A stretch of 64,000 bases of DNA from Haliotis cracherodii (Eukaryota), in the NCBI RefSeq assembly GCF_022045235.1, contig NW_027266264.1:47306001-47370000 (forward strand). Reading direction: 5' to 3'. Positions 24,964-37,925 of the stretch are shown piece by piece (the first letter of the stretch is position 1; each line of letters starts with the position of its first letter). The position numbers and the translations under genes are program-made. Under the pieces are notes generated by a model, which was not told the origin of the DNA, did not search any database, and worked only from the letters and a program-made list of their open reading frames with translations.

Positions 24964-27900
24964 ATGGACTCTCTGCACTTCCGAGAATATCACAGAGGGA
25001 AAATTGCTGCAAAAAATGAATCTTTTCCTGTTGTCGATGTGTATGTAAATGAGGTGTTGTCAGATGCAATCGACAGAGGAGAGAGGATACAGGGTAATGG
25101 CGCTGTTCCACTTCATCCCTTTTGATGCGGCCTATAATTATAGCATGCTGTATACATATGACGAATCAGTCGTCTGTGCAATAAGTCTTTTATTTTTAAA
25201 GTGGGAGGGGGAGATATTTTGGTTTGAGATGAGCATTTTTTATTAATGATCAGAAACTCCATCATTTTTCCCCGTCAATAACAAATGCTCAGTTGTGTTT
25301 TCTAAATTTAATAATAAGAAGAAACTGTCTTCTTTGGAAACTTGTCCACAACAAAAGAACACATTATTTTTGTTCTCATCCCAACCCAGCCCCACGAAAA
25401 ATTAAATGGTTTCCCCCTAAAGTGCACTTAATGTAAATGTATATAATAAATTTAGGGATAAGCAAGTCAAATATGTGTACAGAATTGTATTGCTCCTTGG
25501 TAATAGGACATGACGAATATTATCGTATGATGTAGTAATGGATACTTAAACATGTCCATTTCCTATATCAGAATAACATTAAGTTGCTTAAATTTTATAA
25601 GGACTTGCATGGAATGTTTCGGATATGTTTCATGATCTGTATTATAGACTACAAAACTTAATTTGTGCTTTTCATCGCAGTTTCAGACACTCTTGCCTGT
25701 ATCCACTGGGGGAAAAATCTTGGTTCCATAACATCAACACTAACCCTCACACAACCGAAATTAGAAGATCCTGATCGAATCGATGAGGAATTTTGTAAGG
25801 CCCTGATTCGGGATCCGACGCAACTACATGCATTCATTCGGGATGTACATAAGCACCAAACTGTCAAACTTTTGACAGTGAAGATCCACCCCATTGCTTT
25901 TACATTTCGTCATTCTGAGTATGACCTGTTCATCAAAGAGGGAAAGGAATTAATGAATGCTTTACGGTGTCTTGTTTCAAACTACGTGCGTTCAAAACCT
26001 GAGATCAAAACGGCCCTTAAAGTTACAAGAGAAAACAGAGACACTTGTACTTCTTTTCATGTCGGATTTGGAGAGCACAGAACCAGTGGTCTGCCCACCA
26101 GGTAAAAGTGTCCTCCTCTTTTCCGTCCGACCTGAACCGATTCCGGGGCCCCGAATGCCTATCGTACCCCATCATTGTAGTTAGGTTTCCTTAAATTCAG
26201 GATTGGGTTTCATGATGTGTGATCATGAATTGGCTGATTATATGTCATCGTTCCTGACACGGGGATCATTGCTCATGCTATCAACCATTGGTTTGCGTAT
26301 GAGGGTATATAATAATATGTTAGTAGCTGGATAGATTTATTAGGAAACCTTATTTAAAAGTGTATAATTACTCTATGATGTTGCTTTATACATCCAAAAC
26401 ATCACACACTTTAGTTTTTTCACATAAAACATATTCATCTTTCAATTTACAGACATGGTATTACACTGGAAGGAAATACAGGAAAGGAGAGTAGAATGTC
26501 CACAAAAGAAAGGTTTGCTGTGATCGATGAAGCAATGACCGAGCAAAAGCGTTTTATTGAAACTCAGTTCGCCCTCCACAGGCAGCAGAATAATGAGATT
26601 ATGTCGACAATCTCTCGTGTACTACGTACACTCACAGCAGGTTCGAGCAGCGTTGAGATCCGAGAAGTCATAGCTGAAGAAAAGAGACTTTTGACACAAG
26701 GTCTTGAGACGAGTGAGGTACCAAGATCAACACTCAAAGACTACCATGAAACAGAAGATGTTGTGCCGAGTCACACATCGTCTTCAACTTCGGGTTCTGG
26801 CCATCAGTTGCATAGTAATGATAACATCTCTTCAGCTGAGGAAGGGGGCCCAAGGAACCATGTCCAAACATCCCAGCCTGTTCGCAAGGATGACAGACCA
26901 GATGCAACTCAAACATTGGAAAATGGCCGTGGTACAGGTTCAGATGCTACTGCACTTGCAAGGACAAAACCAGAATCCACTTCTCAATCTGAAACAGCCC
27001 GGTCTCCTGCGAAGCTGAGGGGTGGCGGCAAGGTAGCTGATAGGACGGCTCTGCCGAAAGTTCAGACGGCATATTCCAAAAAAAATACTCGATTGTTTAC
27101 GAGTTCAACTTCAGGCAATGTAATGACACTTGATCGCTTGAAAGCAGGTCAGGACAGGCCGAAGCATAAACCTTTTGGAAAAGGTGAAGGTCAAAAGGTA
27201 AAGACACTTGCTAATTTGAAGGAAGAAGAGTGGAAGGAAGAGCGTGAAGGAGAAGAAGCATTTCTGGCACATCTGAGGGGGCTTACTGGTCACATCGATG
27301 GTACAGTCGATAGGGAAGATGTCTTGAAGAGTCTCACCAGGTAATTCCGTTACAAAAATGGAATACGAGAACGTGCATATCACTTTCAACATATCACACA
27401 TTAATATTTTATATTCCAAACGAAAAATATAAACATTTTTCTGAGTAAATATTTGTGTTTTAGTGGTAAATCCCTTGTGCAAATTACAAAGGAAAAGAAA
27501 AGGTCTGGCGAAACGTCAAAAGATAGAAAACGGCCATTGTTAGATGTTCAGAGTCTCATTTGCGCTAACCCGGATGACACAAGGCTGTGGAGCGGCGTGG
27601 AAGATGCACTGGATGAAGGTATGATGTACTTATCTACATGATGCAGAGCTTGTTTCAGTGGCCTAGTGGCAAAGTGTCTGCTCGGAGAAGGTTCGGGGTT
27701 CGGGGTTCGATCCCTGCGTTATACCAAAAGACGTTAAAAGATTGTACTTGTTGTTACCCTACCTGGTGCTCGGCATTAAGGGGTTATCACTGGTCGGCTC
27801 GTGGTCAGTATGTGGGGTGAGTGGTGTATTTATGTTAAACTGCGGCACGGCACGTCAATGGGATAACACTATAAATTCGGACGAACATACACACGCGTGC

Positions 27901-30900
27901 ATGCACGTCGCTATATAAGTACAATAATCTTAGACGCGACTTTACCCCGTTGCAGAAGCAGGATATGCCAGCGTTGCACTTGATTTAATAAGAGAATGGT
28001 TATCAAGTGTTTTTCCTGCATTATTACACGTTTTGTGAATATATTGACATATCAAATATGTACTGTAATACTAGTATTCATATTAACAATACATGTAATA
28101 CCCGTTTCCTTGCCTGTGGTTACAGAAGACGACGGTTCACTGAGAGCTGAAGCTGGACTGGACACAGTGTTTTGTCTTGACACGTCTGGTAGTATCAGTG
28201 AACAGGCATTTGAACAGATGAAGTATATGGTCCTTGACTTCATTGATGGTAGTATTAATTACGTTAAATATATTTGTATTTGTGGTCGACACTAACGTAT
28301 ATGATGTGAAACAGTTTTTGTATTGAAATCAAGTGATTGTGTCAAGTTATATTTTATATTTATCAATTCACTAGGTATTGAAGACGTAGCTGAAAAGTAT
28401 GACATTGAGGAAAACGTTGCTTTGGTCACATTCGGAGGAAAGGCTAAAGTACTACACCACCTTACAAATGATTATACAAGTCTACGGGATGCGCTTGGTA
28501 GGTTTGATTGCAATATTGAGCCTAATAAATGAAATGCAGACTCAGTTTGTTTGGAATTGTCAAGAAACATGCAACTATAGTAATACGTTCAAAGGTAACA
28601 TTTCACAAGAAAGTCGTCAATGTTACAAATGAAACATGCATTTCTCATCAGACAACGTAAGCCGAGGAGGTCCCTCTCCCCTTCTCCAGTCACTGGTGGT
28701 AGCCCTTGCCTGCCTTTCAAAAGGTGCGTTCCTTATCCTTATACAACTTCTTCATCTTGTATCGTTGTTACAATGTCGTGTCTGGCAAACCCCGTCACTA
28801 TTAATATATGTAATATATTCAGTTATCTCCACTCCAACATAAGAAATAGTCAGATAATCCAATCTTTCCAAACACCTTTTATCCTTCTTGATTGGTTGTG
28901 TTTTATTGAATGTTTACTGAAATTAGCTTGTGTTTCTATTTCTCAAACATGTTATTGGCATTTTTGTACAAGGTGGCATCTGCAGAATGGGAAACCTTAT
29001 GGTTCCACCTAGGGTTGTGTTCATAACTGATGGCCTGGCATCTGGAGAGTTACCAGAAACTGCGCGAGACACATCCTTCACATCTGAGAAAGTAAGATGA
29101 CTCTCTGTCTTGATATTGCACAAACAAGTATATCATGGCAGATCTCTGTAGTCCTTTGTTAGAAGTTTTTTCTAAAGTACGTGTTGTTTGAATTTGGAAT
29201 GATCTTTACACACCAGTGAGACAGCATATATCAAGTGTGTATGCATTTCTCTCATTCTCTGGCTTCAGGATAAACTTCGTCTCATTGGTGCAGTTGGAGC
29301 TTTAGGAAGTGAACAGGCAAGGATGTCTATAGCAAATCCAGTTATATGGATACCAATAGGTGACGCCGACAGGGTGAGTTTAGCTGATTAGCTGTAGGTA
29401 TTTTGACTCTTTATTCATATATTTTAGTAAGTTGCGTTTACAATATTGCATTAGGACCTACAAGCCTATGTGTAAATGTCAAGTCGGTAGCTAAAATGTA
29501 TTACCTTTTAAATGTGTATACTTGGTATTTGTCAGCAATGACAAAGGGGTACATCCTCATACATTCGAGTTCGATTCCCTACATACGACGATGTTGGATT
29601 TCGGTGTGTGTTGAAAGGGTGTGTGTGTGTGTGGGGGGGGGGGGGGGGTCAATACTGTTTAAAAGCATGGAACATCGAAAATTCGGTTTGACAAGACTGT
29701 TGAAATGGGCTGAATACATTTTACTGAATGAACGGGCGACATCTTGACTACTTGATATCCTTGTAGGTTAGAGAGTATGTACCATTAGCAGTTTGACAGT
29801 GTTTTTACATTTGACTCTCTCTCCTATCTAACAATCTAATGTGAAGCTCGCAGTGAACTGTACGATCAACACTCGCATTACATTAGAATGCCTGTACTGC
29901 TGTACGATTGAGAGTTAACCATTTATACATGTATTATTTTACCATTTGTTATCAACAATGCAGAGGTTTCTCGAATCTATGGTGAAGTTGTGCCAAGGAA
30001 AACTGATCGAAGGTAAAGACGTGAAGACACTTTGCAACCATCAACGACTACGGGTAGGTAACGGTTACACATTACCTCGAATAATCCATGAAGTATGCAC
30101 ACAGCAGACTTTGGTTCTAGTAATTACAGGTAGACTAACATACAGTCTATGAAACCTTTTATTACACAATGCATTTCTCTACTCTAAAATTAAAACAAAA
30201 AGTCCTAAACTAATAGAGCTGGCTTGAGCTGGCTAGACTTGCTTTCATATAAATCTAGATTGGATTTGTTTTAATAAAATACATATATTCCACAGTGATG
30301 ATGCAGGACCAATCTAGAGGGTGACACGTTAGATAATTTACTGAATGTGCTGGATTGTTACGATCTGTAACACACACAGAAGAAAGAGTACATTTCAGTG
30401 TTCTATGCAATAACCAATGATCTTTTTCAGGAAATAAAATTGCATTAGAAACCTAGGCATTTACTGAAAGTGGCGGAAACAAATGAAACTATATAAATGC
30501 AGTTGCCTGCATGACTGGTGTTCAATTGCCCATCTAGAGTTCATTGTATTATATATCAGTAAACTATCATAACTGTGTTTATTAATTACAGAGGATTGCA
30601 AGTAATGTGTTGGTGTACATGAGAGGTCGGGATACCGATTCAGAAAATGTTCAAAGTGAAATGGAAACGATAATTGACGCCTTAGGTGACACTTTGACCA
30701 CATCAGAAAAGGTGAGACTGATCTGTACGCTTGTTCTGTGTTGTGTGTCTGGCTTTTAACCTTGTTTCGTTTTATTGAACATTTTACAGTTTGTTCTTTC
30801 CATCTTTCCATCTCAGGAAGAGATTTCAACATTGGTCAAAATCAACATCCACAACGTGACAGACGATCTCGGAGCTCTAGACAGCTTTGATAACATGACA

Positions 30901-31398
30901 ACAAGAGATGACGTCCCCCCACTGGGCAGTAGAGTAGTTCGTGGGCCAGACTGGAAGTGGGGAAACCAAGACTCCGAGGGGCCGGGGACAGTCATCAACC
31001 ACGATACTGATGGCCGTAAATTCAATACCATTCAGATCACTGACATATTAAATGGGCGTATATATATATATATATAAGGACAAATGCTACCGTTTGGCAA
31101 CACTATGGTATATTGCTACCTCTGAGCGACATTACCAAATATTACAAGCATATAATACAAAACTGAGGCAAATGTTCACTCGGTGTACATGTAATATATA
31201 ATAAAATAATAAAGTCCACGTTAGTCCAACATCTTCTTTATATCAGTTTATCGACTCCAGGTTCGATCTGATTACATTTCTAGGTGTGTAAGCACCATGA
31301 GATTGACCATCACTTCGGGCTTTACTCCCACATCAAGCTTACACGTCGCGATATAAGTGGAATGATGTTCAAAGCGGAGTCGAATTCAAATCACTCAC

Positions 31399-31445
<47 letters not shown>

Positions 31446-34400
31446 CGTAGTAAGGTCCGTATTGTTCCTTGGCCAGTTTTGCTGTAGCACATAATGTCAT
31501 TCTTAAACCTCTGTAATTTTCAGCAAGTGTGTGGGTGTTATGGGACAGTGGTCATCGTAACGTTTACAGATGTGGTCCAATCGAGTTCGATGTACTGATT
31601 GTGGATGACCAACCGCGGACATTTGGTGATAACCATAGGGTTGAGATAGGAGCACAAGTGGAACGAGGTAAACAAGACGCGTTGTTGTAGTTATTTGTGC
31701 ATGTTGTTATTTGTTAAACATTTTACAGTTTCCGGCTAACCTGAGCATTGTTAAAGCAATGTGTGCATGTTGTTATTTGTTAAACATTTTACTGTTTTTG
31801 GCTCAACTGAGCATTGTTAAAGCTATGTGTGCATGTTAATATTTGTTAAACATTTTACTGTTTCTGACTCAACTGAGCATTGTTAAAGCTATATGTGCAT
31901 GTTGTTATTTGTTAAACATTTTACATTTTCCGGTTCAACTGAGCATGTTAAAGCTATGTGTGCATGTGTGTTATTTGTAAACATTTTACTGTTTCCGGCT
32001 AATCTGAGCATTGTTAAAGCTATGTGTGCATGTTGTTATTTGTCAAACATTTTACTGTTTCTGGCTAACCTGAGCATTGTTAAAGCTATGTGTGCATGTT
32101 GTTATTTGTCAAACATTTTACTGTTTCCGGCTAACCTGAGCATTGTTATAGCTGTGTGTGCATGTTGTGATTTGTCAAACCTTTTACTGTTTCCGGCTAA
32201 CCTGAGCATTGTTAAAGCTATGTGTGCATGTTGTTATTTGTTAAACATTTTACTGTTTCCGGCTTACCTGAGCATTGTTAAAGCTATGTGTGCATGTTGT
32301 TATTTGTCAAACATTTTACTGTTTCCGGCTAACCTGAGCATTGCTAAAGCTATGTGTGCATGTTGTTATTTGTTAAACCTTTTACTGTTTCCGGTTCAAC
32401 TGAGCATTGTTAAAGCTATGTGTGCATGTTGTTATTTGTCAAACCTTTTACTGTTTCCGGCTAACCTGAGCATTGTTAAAGCTATGTGTGCATGTTGTTA
32501 TTTGTCAAACATTTTACCCTTTTCCGGCTAACCTGAGCATTGTTAAAGCTATGTGTGCATGTTGTTATTTGTTAAACCTTTTACTGTTTCCGGTTCAACT
32601 GAGCATTGTTAAAGCTATGTGTGCATGTTGTTATTTGTCAAACCTTTTACTGTTTCCGGCTAACCTGAGCATTGTTAAAGCTATGTGTGCATGTTGTGAT
32701 TTGTCAAACATTTTACTGTTTCTGGCTAACCTGAGCATTGTTAAAGCTATGTGTGCATGTTGTTATTTGTTAAACATTTTACTGTTTCCGGCTAACCTGA
32801 GCATTGTTAAAGCTATATGTGCATGTTGTTATTTGTCAAACCTTTTACTGTTTCCGGCTAACCTGAGCATTGTTAAAGCTATATGTGCATGTTGTTATTT
32901 GTCAAACCTTTTACTGTTTCCGGCTAACCTGAGCATTGTTAAAGCTATGTGTGCATGTTGTCATTTGTAAATCATTTTACTGTTTCTGGCTAACCTGAGC
33001 ATTGTTAAAGCTATGTGTGCATGTTGTGATTTGTCAAACGTTTTACTGTTTTCGGCTAACCTGAGCATTGTTAAAGCTATGTGTGCATGTTGTTATTTGT
33101 CAAACATTTTACTGTTTCCGGCTAACCTGAACGGTAAACCTGACGTAATCCGTCCATCGGAAACTATTTTCCTAATTTCCTTTGAAATCTTTTGTCGAAT
33201 GAGCCTAATTTCAGCGGCAGGCATACTCCTTACCAGACATTTTTGTATGAATATCAATATAAAACTTAAAATACAGTGAGACTGACTCGTGCCCAGCATT
33301 AAGACGTCTTTAAGAAATATCGATTTTCCTGGACCTTGGAAAAACATGATGTAAATTAAATTTTACTGCATACGGGAGTTGACATTTGAGTTTTGCATTG
33401 AGCATTTAAGCATTGTTGTCTATTAAACGCGCCATCTGAAAATCAACATAGCTTAATTATTTTGAATATTGAAGTCTCCATTTGCATTAAGATCTTAATA
33501 TTGCAAATATTACAGTAGAAGTGAGGTGAGAGTGAAGTGAGACTATTGTTCTTTTTCAGGTCCAGACTGGCAGGACTCGTATGGGAACCAGGATGGCGGG
33601 GTCGGGAGTCATGGAGTAGTCATAAGAAGACGAGGACAAAGAATCATGGTGATTGTCCTCTTTTATCTTGTCTCAAGCTTACGCTTTTTAAGCCACAAAA
33701 TGAAAAGACGCAGCTAGTCAGGTTGAGATATTGTTGAAGGTTTTGCCTTATGCTTCCCGAAGTGATACCGTTCCTACATTGTATGTCTCAGCAGTCATGG
33801 CTTCGAATCCCGGTTCGGCATGACTATGTTTGTCAGCACCATACCCGTGCTCTTGGGTATCGTCAAAGTGGTAAACGTCTGAGACCAGCATCACTTCGGG
33901 CTTTCCTCCAACATTAAACTGACACACCGTGATATAACTGGAATACTGTTCAAAGCGGACGTTAAACCCAACTCACTCACTCACTCATTCACCCAAAAAG
34001 CAGCCTGCTTATTAGAGTTAACATTGTATTCTAATTTTGACTAAAGAACGCAATTTCATGTCACCACGAAAAACGGGAACAGGACATCAATAATACAATG
34101 TGTGTGTATGAAAGAGCTTAATGTGTCGTATGTGATATGTTTGTAGGTGAGATGGAACAATGGAAATATGCACCAGTACAGATTTGGGGAAAACAATATG
34201 TACGACGTGGCAATGCGGTATGTTCCTCCACTATACTCTTTATAGTTGAATATATCACTTAGTCTAAAAATAATGTTATAGTACATGGATCAAATGTAAA
34301 CTGACGATATATCTTAGCATCTTAGGTCCTTGTCCTCCATTTTTTGTAAATAACAGAACTCCTTTAATATGATATATTAATGTTTAACGTTTTATGTAAT

Positions 34401-35677
34401 GTTTATGTCATGACTAACTCTTTTCATTATTCCATATATACTGTGATGATATGGAGTGAATGTAATTCTAAAGACTGTAAATTGCTCCATGGTATGATAC
34501 CTGTAGGGACCCTTTTGCTTGCCTGCTCGAGGGGACGTCCCTACATTCCGCCAGGGCGAGCGATACCAGCCACACACCTAGCCACCTCAAACACACAGGT
34601 GATGATCAGTTCTTACAACGCCGGAAGGTTCTACCTTTTAAATGACTATCATACATGAACAGGCTACCTTTTTCTGGTTTCTCGTTGTTTATCATATTCA
34701 TTAACATTATTCACTTTCATTCCATAGCATACCCGTGAAGATCCAGCTTAGAACTGGTCTTCAACAACCCATGCTTGTCGTAAGAGGCGACTAATGGGAT
34801 CGGATGGTCAGGCTCGTACGTTGACTCGGTTGATACAAGTCATCGTATTCCAGTGGCGTAGATCGATGCTCATGATGTCAATCACTGGGTTGTCTGGTGT
34901 AGACTCGATTATTTACAGACCGCAGTCATATAGTTGGAATATTGCTGAGTGCAGCGTTAAACAAGTTGAACCAATAAGCATTAATAACACTAAATCTTTT
35001 ATTGTATCTGGTACAATGAACGTCTACTGTGTTGTATTCAGAAAAGCAGGCCCGACCAGAAACTGACAGACCGTTTGTGTGGCAGAGAAACGATGGAACA
35101 CATGGATGGCAGGATTACACGAAGGCTGAGAATGCTAAGATGATGGCCGAGTACAAGAAACGACAGATGGGGTCATGCCTGCTTAGCAGGAATGGTCTAA
35201 GGTACACTCGTAGATAGGATATTGACTTGGCTTTCAGAAAATTATATCGAAATATTTATATTAAAACACATCATTTGATTATGAACATTTATTCATAAAT
35301 AGATTTAGTTTATGGTTTTACGAATTGTTGTTGGGTATTCCTCGTATTAAATGTAAACATTAATAGTCATTAATTCAGTACCATAAATTTAATCATTGAC
35401 ATGTTGAAGTATGTGATATACGTGGTTACTAAACAGTTTCAGAATATCTTTCCGAAACAACATTGAGAGATCTGTTGAGGAGAACACGACCACGGATATA
35501 CGGAAACGGTTCACCGGTATGCATATTTCCTTGCCTTGCAGGATGCATCAACATACTAGTGTAATATGCAGTCCGTTCAAATTGTGGTAGATAAATATTC
35601 CCTTAATGTACATGTCGTATCATACTATACAATTGAAGCTATTTATTAAATTTAGTCCTATTTTTATTTCAGATTAA
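24964..35677 (+). CDS. Paralog B: N-terminal domain / coiled coil / VWA / 2x MIB-HERC2 / WWE protein (~1061 aa, 19 coding exons)
   Basis: Exons: 24964-25093, 25681-26101, 26453-27340, 27464-27618, 28126-28248, 28375-28497, 28652-28723, 28973-29091, 29269-29373, 29964-30053, 30592-30711, 30817-31015, 31524-31667, 33560-33648, 34147-34217, 34507-34598, 35042-35201, 35437-35516, 35673-35677. Phases are identical to gene A, total 3186 nt. Motifs: 'LDTVFCLDTSGS', 'VVFITDG', 'GSRVVRGPDWKWGNQD', 'GPDWQDSYGNQDGG', 'FVWQRNDGTHGWQDY'. AATAAA near 35917. Confidence 0.88.
27650..27950 (+). mobile_element. tRNA-headed SINE (family 4)
   Basis: Head 'agtggcctagtgg...ggttcgatccc' followed by 'aagacgttaaaagattgtacttgttgttaccctacctggtgctcggcattaa'. 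Confidence 0.7.
31695..33130. repeat. 66-bp minisatellite (~22 copies) in a gene B intron
   Basis: Unit gctatgtgtgcatgttgttatttgtcaaacattttactgtttccggctaacctgagcattgttaaa. It produces the 22-aa-repeat ORFs. Confidence 0.95.
33790..33990 (+). mobile_element. SINE (family 3), 5'-truncated
   Basis: 'ttcgaatcccggttcg...gtaaacgtctgagaccagcatcacttcgggctttcctcc...gttaaacccaactcactcac' is shared with 42250-42470 and 46114-46390. Confidence 0.75.
34730..34965 (+). mobile_element. SINE-like repeat family 1
   Basis: Full-length-looking copy, from 'acccgtgaagatcc' to 'gctgagtgcagcgttaaacaa'. Confidence 0.8.
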
Positions 35678-36032
35678 CTTGGGATTATCCTGGAACGCTG
35701 ATACTTTGAGGGTTTACTGAAATATGTTATCACATCAGCATTTGGAATTTGAAAAAGATGATTGCTGTTTAATAACAATGGAAGTAGTTTTTGCTATATA
35801 TGATATGCGTAGATAATAATATATTGTCTACTTTCTGTAGTTTATGTATAACCCCAGGAACAGTTCTTGTTTAATTGTGTTTATGTAGTATGCATTGTAG
35901 ATCACTCCATATGTAAATAAAATTCAATGTCACTTTCGTCCGTAGATAATGAGACAATGAGGCGGCCAGATAACGATACATGTAGAGATAACAAGAGGAA
36001 ACGGTTACCGGTTTCAGTCAATCGGAGAAATT

Positions 36033-36192
36033 GTGAGAGAGTATGGTTTTACGCGCTTTTAGCAATAGTCCAGCAATATCACGGCGGGGGACAGCAGAGA
36101 TGGGTTTAACACATTGCACCCATATGGAGAATCGAACCTGGGTCTTCGGCGTGACGAGCGAACGCTTTACCACTAGGCTACCACACCGCCCG
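36033..36192 (-). mobile_element. tRNA-derived SINE (family 2) with TSD
   Basis: Reverse-complement match to 24741 and 51497. Direct repeat tcggagaaat at 36022-36031 and 36193-36202. Confidence 0.88.
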
Positions 36193-36534
36193 TCGGAGAA
36201 ATAGAACATTAAATTATATTGAGGGTAACGATGACTGGCCTTGTTTGATTCAAGATGGATCATGATCAATTGTTTGTGCCACAGAAAAACTTGGTAAATA
36301 CATCGCCAACGTGGCTACTGCCATGCACGTGGGGAGCACGGGAGAAGAGTATATGTGAATGGAGGAAGAGTATATGTTGGCGGCTTCTAGAGATGCTGCT
36401 GACGATCCACTTTTATGTACAATGTTTACTTATCCAATCCTCCATCCTAGTATGCAAGTGTCTCTCATTATAACTCTACTACTGAAGCAGTGTATCGTGT
36501 GGTATTTCCCCAAAACAACATTACATATAAATAA

Positions 36535-36792
36535 GACCCGTGAAGATCCGGAGTAGAATGGGTCTTCAGCAACCCATGCTTGCCGTAAAAGGTGACTATA
36601 CTTGTCGGAAGAGGCGGCTAACAGGATCGGGTGGTCAGGCTCGCTGACTTGGTCGATGCATGTCATCGATCCCAATTACATGAATCGATGCTCATGATAT
36701 GAATCACTGGATTGTCTGGTCCAGAAACGATTATTTACAGACCGTAGTCATATAGCTGGAATATTGCTGAGTGCGACGTTAAACAACAAACC
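36535..36792 (+). mobile_element. SINE-like repeat family 1
   Basis: Same family core and tail 'gctgagtgcgacgttaaacaacaaac'. Confidence 0.8.
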
Positions 36793-37409
36793 ATGTTGCC
36801 TGTCATTCAGTATCAGTGGTACATACGTTTCTTCAAGCTCTGTAAATCATTTCCGGAATTATTCTGAACGTTTAACAATTTTAGTGTGAGTACCGATTCT
36901 TGTCTGATGATCATGTGAATGTTGTCAGAAAATGTTAGTGCATGACCATGTATCTGTTACATAAGTACAACGATAGATCGCCAATTACACACCTCTTGTG
37001 ATATAGTATGACCACGTTCATGTGTGTATCTAATAATGTAATGTACACTGTCTTGTGCACACACTTTAATAAAACGATGGGCGTTTAACTACCATTTGTT
37101 TTAAATGATTTCAGTACCACTCAAATATCATACTGAATATAATATTCCCTAATGTATTCTATACTAAGACATTTCAATACATTTCGATCGTATGAAAATA
37201 CAACAAACTTGAGAAAATAATTAGCTAGAAAAACATTCATCCCGAATGTACAATTTACACAATATGTCCACAAATATCTGTTAAAAAGGCGGAGTTTCGA
37301 TTTCTATTAATTCGATTTAGCCGCACATCTGCATTTTGATAATCACCCAACATTCGTGACAACTGCAAGTCGTCAATTACACCTGGGAACTGTTGAGGCA
37401 AACGAGTAA

Positions 37410-37925
37410 TTATTATTAGTTCACCGAAGGTCCGTCATCCGTACGTCAACAATTTTTTCAAACCCCCAATTGGAAATTAACGAAATTTGACTGGAAGCAC
37501 CCCAAGGTGATGACAATTACAAATTGTACAAATGGTAGCGCTGTCACCCCCAGGGGACTGAGGGGCGGGGCCAAATAGGGGTAATTTGGCTATATTGCTT
37601 TAAACGACTTCTTCTCTGGAACTAAGGATAGATATCAACCATATTTGGTTGGAAGCATTCCCCGGTGGTGAGGATTCAAAATTGTATAAATGGTGGGGAT
37701 GAGGGGCGGGGCCAAATAGGGGTAATTTGGCGTTATTGCTTTAAGCGACTTCTTCTCTGGAACTAACAGGTAGATATCAACCATATTTGGTTGGAAGCAC
37801 TCTCCGGTGGTGAGGATTCAAACTGGTGCAAATGGTGGGGCTGACACAACCAAGGGGCTGAGGGGCGGGGCGAAATAGGGGTAACTTGGCGTTATTGCTT
37901 TAAACGACTTCTTCTCTGGAACTAA
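37410..37925. repeat. element with internal ~150-bp tandem repeats (possibly a Helentron/HINE-type non-autonomous element); resumes at 40284-40335
   Basis: Three copies of 'ggggcggggccaaataggggtaatttggc..attgctttaaacgacttcttctctggaactaa..gatatcaaccatatttggttggaagca'. The array is interrupted by the TIR element at 37926. The family label is inference only. Confidence 0.6.

Noticed and set aside
31893-33279. Cys-rich hydrophobic repeat ORFs (AMCACCYLSNILLFPANLSIVK)
   Set aside because: They come from the 66-bp minisatellite inside the intron that splits the second MIB/HERC2 domain. The flanking exons join in phase without it.
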